A DNA stretch of 25,774 nt, taken from assembly GCA_039208735.1 (NCBI GenBank), contig JBCCQY010000133.1, forward strand, positions 1 through 25,774. Reading direction: 5' to 3'. Below are positions 21,302 through 25,774 of the stretch, in pieces. The notes beneath the pieces were generated by a model, which did not search any database, was not told where the DNA came from, and saw nothing but the letters and a program-made list of their open reading frames with translations. The DNA comes from Myxococcota bacterium (GTDB lineage: Bacteria; Myxococcota_A; UBA796; GCA-2862545). Position numbers and translations under genes: made by a program. How positions within the stretch are numbered: position 1 is the stretch's first letter; the number at the start of each line of letters is the position of its first letter.

Positions 21302-21775
21302 TTAAAGCTTCGCCATCGCGTCAGCCACCACGGGCGGCACGTACTTGCTGATGTTGCCCCCGAACGTAGCGATCTCTCGGACCAACGACGAGCTGATGAA
21401 CACATGCTCGGGGTCGGTCAAGAGAAACAGGGTCTCGACACCGGAAAGGTCACGATTGGCGAGCCCATTGCGGAACTCGAGGTCAAGGTCTGAGGCCGTC
21501 CGAATCCCCCGCAGCAGGACTTGTGCGCCGACGTCAGCGGCCGCCTCTACGACAAGCCCAGTGAAAGGCACGATCCGTACGTTTGCCAACTCGCGCGTGC
21601 AGGCCTCGAACAAGGCGATGCGAGCTTCGGAATCGAACAGGTAGCGCTTGGCGGGATTGGTCCCGATTCCCACGATCAGTTCGTCGAACAGCTGGGCACC
21701 CCGTTCAACGATGTTCAGGTGACCGTTGGTGGGCGGGTCGAAGGACCCCGCATACATCGCCCGACGCATCGTCAC
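21302..21775 (-). CDS. coaD: Phosphopantetheine adenylyltransferase
   Basis: YAGSFDPPTNGH, LRGIR...DLEF, ISSSLVREIA. Start GTG 21775 (overlapping the upstream stop) or ATG 21769. Confidence 0.97.
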   Translation of the reverse strand: MTMRRAMYAGSFDPPTNGHLNIVERGAQLFDELIVGIGTNPAKRYLFDSEARIALFEACTRELANVRIVPFTGLVVEAAADVGAQVLLRGIRTASDLDLEFRNGLANRDLSGVETLFLLTDPEHVFISSSLVREIATFGGNISKYVPPVVADAMAKL

Positions 21776-23289
21776 TCCTCGGAAAGGGGCGTGTCCTTGC
21801 CGAAGAACTCCACCAGGATCGACCGGAACCGCCGCGTTTCCCGCAGTTTAGCGAAGCTCGGATCCAAGCGAATGTCTTGCCGGAATTCAATGCGATGGAG
21901 CGTGTCCATCGTGGCGAAGCCCTGCAGCGCCTTACGTAGAAAAGTGAGCGCCTGGTCCTCTTCACCCATCTCTGCGTAGATCTTGCTTCGGTGAAGATCT
22001 GCATAGGCGTCGCCCGGGTCGATCTGCTCAAGCTGTTCCATGATCGCAAGCGCTTCTTCGAACCGACCTTGGTGGGACAGATTGACCGCGAGGTTGTTCA
22101 TCGCGATGGCATCCATCGGCTCCAGCGAAAGCGCAATTCGATACAGCGCTTCTTCCTTCTGGTAGTCGCCCCGGCGCTTGTACACGAGGGCTTTGTTGTT
22201 GTAGCCCATCGACGATTCGGGAATTTGCTCGATGATTTTGTTGTAGGTATCGACCGCGTCGTCGTACTCTTGCGCCAAGTACTGGAAGTAGCTCAGCTGC
22301 GATAGTGCATCGATGTCGTTGGGATCGATGCGCAGGCGATCCCGTACGTACTGCAAGTTGTATTCGAGGACAAACTCCTCGAACGCGGCGTCCTTCTCGT
22401 CGTACCAGCTTGGAAGCCCCCACCCCTCTTCCTCTTCGGCAGCGACATCGAGCGCCTCCTCGGCGTCTTCCGTGGGGACATCTTCGAGCCCTTCGTCCTC
22501 ACCGGCTTCGGCTTCAACGACTTCAACGGGATCGTCGAGGACTTCCGCCTCCTCCACCACGAGGGGCGCCTTCTCTTCGACCTTTTTCTTGGGGACGACG
22601 ATGTCTTCTTCATCGGTGTTGCGAACCGGCGTCGGTGCGGTCTCTTCGGCGCCGCCCATCTTCGTGATGGGCCCCTTGTCGCCAGCCGGCAAGTAGACGT
22701 GGTTGTCTTCGATTTCCGCCCCAACGTCGGGTCGGTCGATGTTGTCGATGTGCTCGATGACCCCTACATCTTCGCCGTCGTAGTCCTTCCGTAAGAGTCG
22801 AGCGAGGTACTCGGCCGTAAACGGATGCCCATTTTCATTGAGGGCGACCGGCTGAACGCAGACTTCCTGGCGAAGCAGCTGTTCGCCAATGAAGCAGACC
22901 TCTCGAAACGCCCACTCGGCCTGGACGAAGATCAGCGTGACCATGAGCACCACGCAGAACCACGCCAGGCTTGCGACACTCGAGACGCGATTCGACCGAC
23001 GAATCGGGAACTGCGGCGCGAGGTAGAGCTTGAGGGAGACCGGTCCGACCTCGAGCGTCAGATCCTCTTCGGGCGTCACCTCATGCAGCTCGCCCGTGAC
23101 CGTTTGGACCACCACCATGCGTGGGCTGGTCCACATGACGCGAGCCAGATGATCGTGGCCCTCCGGCACGGGAACCGCGATGAGCGACGAGTTGCCGAGC
23201 TGGCCCGACTCCCCAAATCGGAGCGACCGTTCTTCGACGACCTCACCGTGGAAACTGACCGCGACTTGCAATGCGTAGGACGATGTCAC
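21772..23289 (-). CDS. Bitopic membrane protein with acidic linker and C-terminal TPR array
   Basis: N-terminal beta-rich domain, TM (LAWFCVVLMVTLIFV), Glu/Asp-rich linker, about 5 TPRs (GYNNKALVY, AMNNLAVNL) and capping motif DPSFAKLRETRRF. Confidence 0.85.
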   Translation of the reverse strand: MTSSYALQVAVSFHGEVVEERSLRFGESGQLGNSSLIAVPVPEGHDHLARVMWTSPRMVVVQTVTGELHEVTPEEDLTLEVGPVSLKLYLAPQFPIRRSNRVSSVASLAWFCVVLMVTLIFVQAEWAFREVCFIGEQLLRQEVCVQPVALNENGHPFTAEYLARLLRKDYDGEDVGVIEHIDNIDRPDVGAEIEDNHVYLPAGDKGPITKMGGAEETAPTPVRNTDEEDIVVPKKKVEEKAPLVVEEAEVLDDPVEVVEAEAGEDEGLEDVPTEDAEEALDVAAEEEEGWGLPSWYDEKDAAFEEFVLEYNLQYVRDRLRIDPNDIDALSQLSYFQYLAQEYDDAVDTYNKIIEQIPESSMGYNNKALVYKRRGDYQKEEALYRIALSLEPMDAIAMNNLAVNLSHQGRFEEALAIMEQLEQIDPGDAYADLHRSKIYAEMGEEDQALTFLRKALQGFATMDTLHRIEFRQDIRLDPSFAKLRETRRFRSILVEFFGKDTPLSEE

Positions 23290-23358
23290 AAGACCCCACG
23301 GGACGACGTCGAAACGTATCGACCTGACCTGCTCGTCGGGCGGCCGTGTAACATCCGA

Positions 23359-24081
23359 TTACACCTCGGATCCTAGGTCCACGCAGGCGATCCCCTCACG
23401 AAGCATCGTCACGGCCTGCTGAAGTGTCCCTTGATCCCTGCTGTCCGCGGTAATGAGGACCCGATACCGGCGCTCTCCCCAGCGGGGGTAACTGCCGATG
23501 CTGACCCCAGGAAAGGCCGCCTCGACCGACTCAAGGTGAGCCGCAATCTCCGACTCGCCTTGGGTGCAGTACAGCCGTTCGACATGGACCTGTTTTCCCG
23601 CGAAGAACTGTGCAATGTCTTCGAACTTTGTCTGCATCAAGTTCGGAATACCAGGAAGTACCCATACATTGTCGACACGAACGACGGGGAACGAGGACCC
23701 TGGTGCGTCGATGAGTACCGATCCTTCAGGAACGGTGACCATGCGTAAGTTTGGTTCGGAACGTTCCATTCCAAACTGATCGAGCAGGGCGAGCAGGTCG
23801 GGATGAGGCAACAACGGACGTCCGACGGCAAGACCCACGCCTTCGAGAGTCCGATCATCGTGGGTCGGACCCACGCCGCCCGTGGTGATCACCTGATCGG
23901 TGGCGGCCATGCAGCGCGACACCTCATCCGCAATTTCCGCGGGCGTATCTCCGATCACGACGAGCCGCTTGAGGTCGGCGCCCAAGGCTCGAAGCCGACG
24001 AATCAGGAAGGGACCGTTCGCATCTTCGAACTTTCCCGAGAGGATCTCATCCCCAATGATGATGACGGATGCGGTCGACAT
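23359..24081 (-). CDS. CinA N-terminal-like / molybdopterin-binding (COG1058) protein, without PncC domain
   Basis: IIIGDEILSG...DANG, ITTGGVGPTHDDRT, VLPGIP, GESEIA, SIGSYP. Confidence 0.9.
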   Translation of the reverse strand: MSTASVIIIGDEILSGKFEDANGPFLIRRLRALGADLKRLVVIGDTPAEIADEVSRCMAATDQVITTGGVGPTHDDRTLEGVGLAVGRPLLPHPDLLALLDQFGMERSEPNLRMVTVPEGSVLIDAPGSSFPVVRVDNVWVLPGIPNLMQTKFEDIAQFFAGKQVHVERLYCTQGESEIAAHLESVEAAFPGVSIGSYPRWGERRYRVLITADSRDQGTLQQAVTMLREGIACVDLGSEV

Positions 24082-24092
24082 CAGACTCCGCG

Positions 24093-25205
24093 TCAGGCCT
24101 TCGGATCACCATACGTTCCGTCGGCCGCGAGTGGCAGCTCCAACTGGGGCTGAAGGGCAAGAATTCTTCGCGCCAAGGTCGACAATGCCACATCTTCGGG
24201 GTCTTGGCGAACCGTGACCTCCGAATAGCCTTCGCGGCACTCGGGCGATCCCTCGGCCTCTTCGATCCAGAACACCGCGGCTCGTAGGCGCCGGTGGCTG
24301 AAGACGTGAACGACCTCCCCCACCCGATGGGCCCGCTTGACCGTCACCCCAATGCGTTCACGAAACGCCTTGACCAAGGCTTCTGCTGGATCGTCTTCCG
24401 GGCCGATCTCCATCCCGATGGGCTCATACAGCCCCGACAACAACCCCTTGTTGGGTCGACGACCGAGCACGACTCCGTCGGGACGGCGCCAGATTCCCGC
24501 GACCGAAAACATGGGCGTAGGTGGTTTCTTTGGCTTCTTCTTCGGATAGGCCGCGACCTCATTGGCAGCGTGGGCCAAGCACCCCGACGACAGCACGCAT
24601 ACGTCGCAACGAGGCTGCTTGGGTTTGCACACGGTGGCTCCAAGCTCCATCAGGGCTTGGTTCAGGTCGCCGGGCGCGATCTCCTCAGGAGCCGCCTCGT
24701 GGAGGTCTGTCACCCGAGCCCAAAGAGCCTTCTTCCCTGCTCCACGGGGATCTTCGGCGCGTGCATCAAGCCGAGACACCACCCGTTCAACATTTCCATC
24801 GACCAGGGGTGCACGAACGCCAAACGCGATCGACGCGATCGCCCCCGCCGTGTAGGGGCCAACGCCCGGCAGCTCGCGAAGACCATCGACCGTTTGAGGC
24901 ATTTCACCCCGTTCGGAAACCGCCACCGCACAGCGCAGCAGGTTGCGAGCGCGGGAGTAGTAGCCAAGGCCCGCCCAGGCATGGAGGACCTCCTCTTCCT
25001 TGGCCTTGGCCAGGTCGCCCAACGTCGGCCAACGCGCGGTGAACCGCTCGAAGTAGGGAATGACGGTTTCGACCCGTGTTTGCTGGAGCATCAGCTCCGA
25101 CAACAACACGTGGTAAGGCGTTGGGTCGCTCCGCCACGGGAGCGTTCGCGCATGTTCGTTAAACCAGCTCACCAGCGCGTCGACCACCGCGCGCGCATCC
25201 ATCAT
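24093..25205 (-). CDS. mutY: A/G-specific adenine glycosylase MutY
   Basis: LPWR, SELMLQQTRV, GLGYYSRARNL, HhH LPGVGPYTAGAI, VDGNVERV, Fe-S motif CKPKQPRCDVCVLSSGC, C-terminal HVFSH. Confidence 0.97.
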   Translation of the reverse strand: MMDARAVVDALVSWFNEHARTLPWRSDPTPYHVLLSELMLQQTRVETVIPYFERFTARWPTLGDLAKAKEEEVLHAWAGLGYYSRARNLLRCAVAVSERGEMPQTVDGLRELPGVGPYTAGAIASIAFGVRAPLVDGNVERVVSRLDARAEDPRGAGKKALWARVTDLHEAAPEEIAPGDLNQALMELGATVCKPKQPRCDVCVLSSGCLAHAANEVAAYPKKKPKKPPTPMFSVAGIWRRPDGVVLGRRPNKGLLSGLYEPIGMEIGPEDDPAEALVKAFRERIGVTVKRAHRVGEVVHVFSHRRLRAAVFWIEEAEGSPECREGYSEVTVRQDPEDVALSTLARRILALQPQLELPLAADGTYGDPKA

Positions 25206-25438
25206 CGCAGGAACAGTGACCCCACGTAAGCGGCCCCACCAACAAGGAATGTGAACACTCCGAGCCCCGCCGCAACGCCACCGACGATGAGGGCCGTGTT
25301 CTCATCGGACTCAGCGTAGACTTCAAGGGGTACGCCGAGCATGGCGACGAGCCCAACCAAAACCACCAGCAACCCGAGGCAGCCGCACCCGCAGCCACCA
25401 CCCCCGGCGAAGTTCTTCAGCGGTGAGGGTTCGTCCAT
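25202..25438 (-). CDS. Small two-TM membrane protein with GGGGCGCGC motif
   Basis: AGGAG RBS, two hydrophobic helices, stop overlapping the mutY start (ATGA). Confidence 0.75.
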   Translation of the reverse strand: MDEPSPLKNFAGGGGCGCGCLGLLVVLVGLVAMLGVPLEVYAESDENTALIVGGVAAGLGVFTFLVGGAAYVGSLFLR

Positions 25439-25493
25439 CTAGGCTCCTGCCCGAGTTCGGTTAACAAGGGGGCGCGGTGAAGGGGAGGTCGGC

Positions 25494-25774
25494 ATGTCCG
25501 AGAGCGGACTGGAGTGGGTGGGTGACCCGAACGCACCCACCACGATGTGGTTCGTGCACGGCATCCTTGGCCAAGGACGAAACTGGCGCAGCTTCGCCCA
25601 ACGCTGGCGAGGCGGCAACGACGCACGGGCGGCCGCACTGGTTGACCTCCGAAATCACGGCACCCATCCCAACGTCTCTGCTCCCCATGACCTCTCGGCG
25701 TGTGCTCGAGATCTGCAAGCCCAACTCGATTTGCACCGCTTGCCGGACGTCCTGGTGGGCCACTCCTTCGGTGG
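25494..25774 (+). CDS. Alpha/beta-hydrolase (YbfF/ABHD11-like esterase), N-terminal part
   Basis: Not in the ORF track. Manual translation gives MSESGLEW...FVHGILGQGRNWRSFA...VDLRNHG...LVGHSFG(G), with the nucleophile elbow at the window edge; GGAGG RBS. Confidence 0.9.
   Translation, partial: MSESGLEWVGDPNAPTTMWFVHGILGQGRNWRSFAQRWRGGNDARAAALVDLRNHGTHPNVSAPHDLSACARDLQAQLDLHRLPDVLVGHSFG

Noticed and set aside
25461..25763. 100-aa minus-strand ORF at the right end
   Set aside because: Antisense to a clear alpha/beta-hydrolase reading frame (HG, DLRNHG, GHSFG).

Overview
High-GC bacterial chromosomal window. The gene content (Hanks kinase with PEGA-like tail, TPR proteins, divergent Lgt, CPBP protease) suggests a Myxococcota-like organism, which is an inference. 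The window is densely coding, and I saw no mobile element or CRISPR array. Left end (minus strand): SCP2 protein, PEP-synthase/PPDK regulatory kinase, membrane Ser/Thr kinase and a partial lipoprotein. Centre (plus strand, ~3.9-19.5 kb): lon, biotin carboxylase 1, BT-BCCP subunit, methylmalonyl-CoA mutase large subunit, uncharacterised AAA+ ATPase, divergent Lgt, RDD protein, biotin carboxylase 2, a carboxyltransferase fused to two biotinyl-type domains, two tandem paralogous exported proteins and a CPBP protease. These are followed by a convergent PduO-type adenosyltransferase, a winged-helix hypothetical, tRNA-Leu(CAA) and a small protein. Right end: a minus-strand run (small membrane protein, mutY, CinA-N-like, TPR protein, coaD) and a partial alpha/beta hydrolase. 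The best novelty candidate is the pair at 13358-16981: an ATP-dependent biotin carboxylase abutting a glutaconyl-CoA-decarboxylase-alpha-like carboxyltransferase that carries one lysine-less and one intact biotin-carrier domain. All family calls come from motif recognition; no searches were run.
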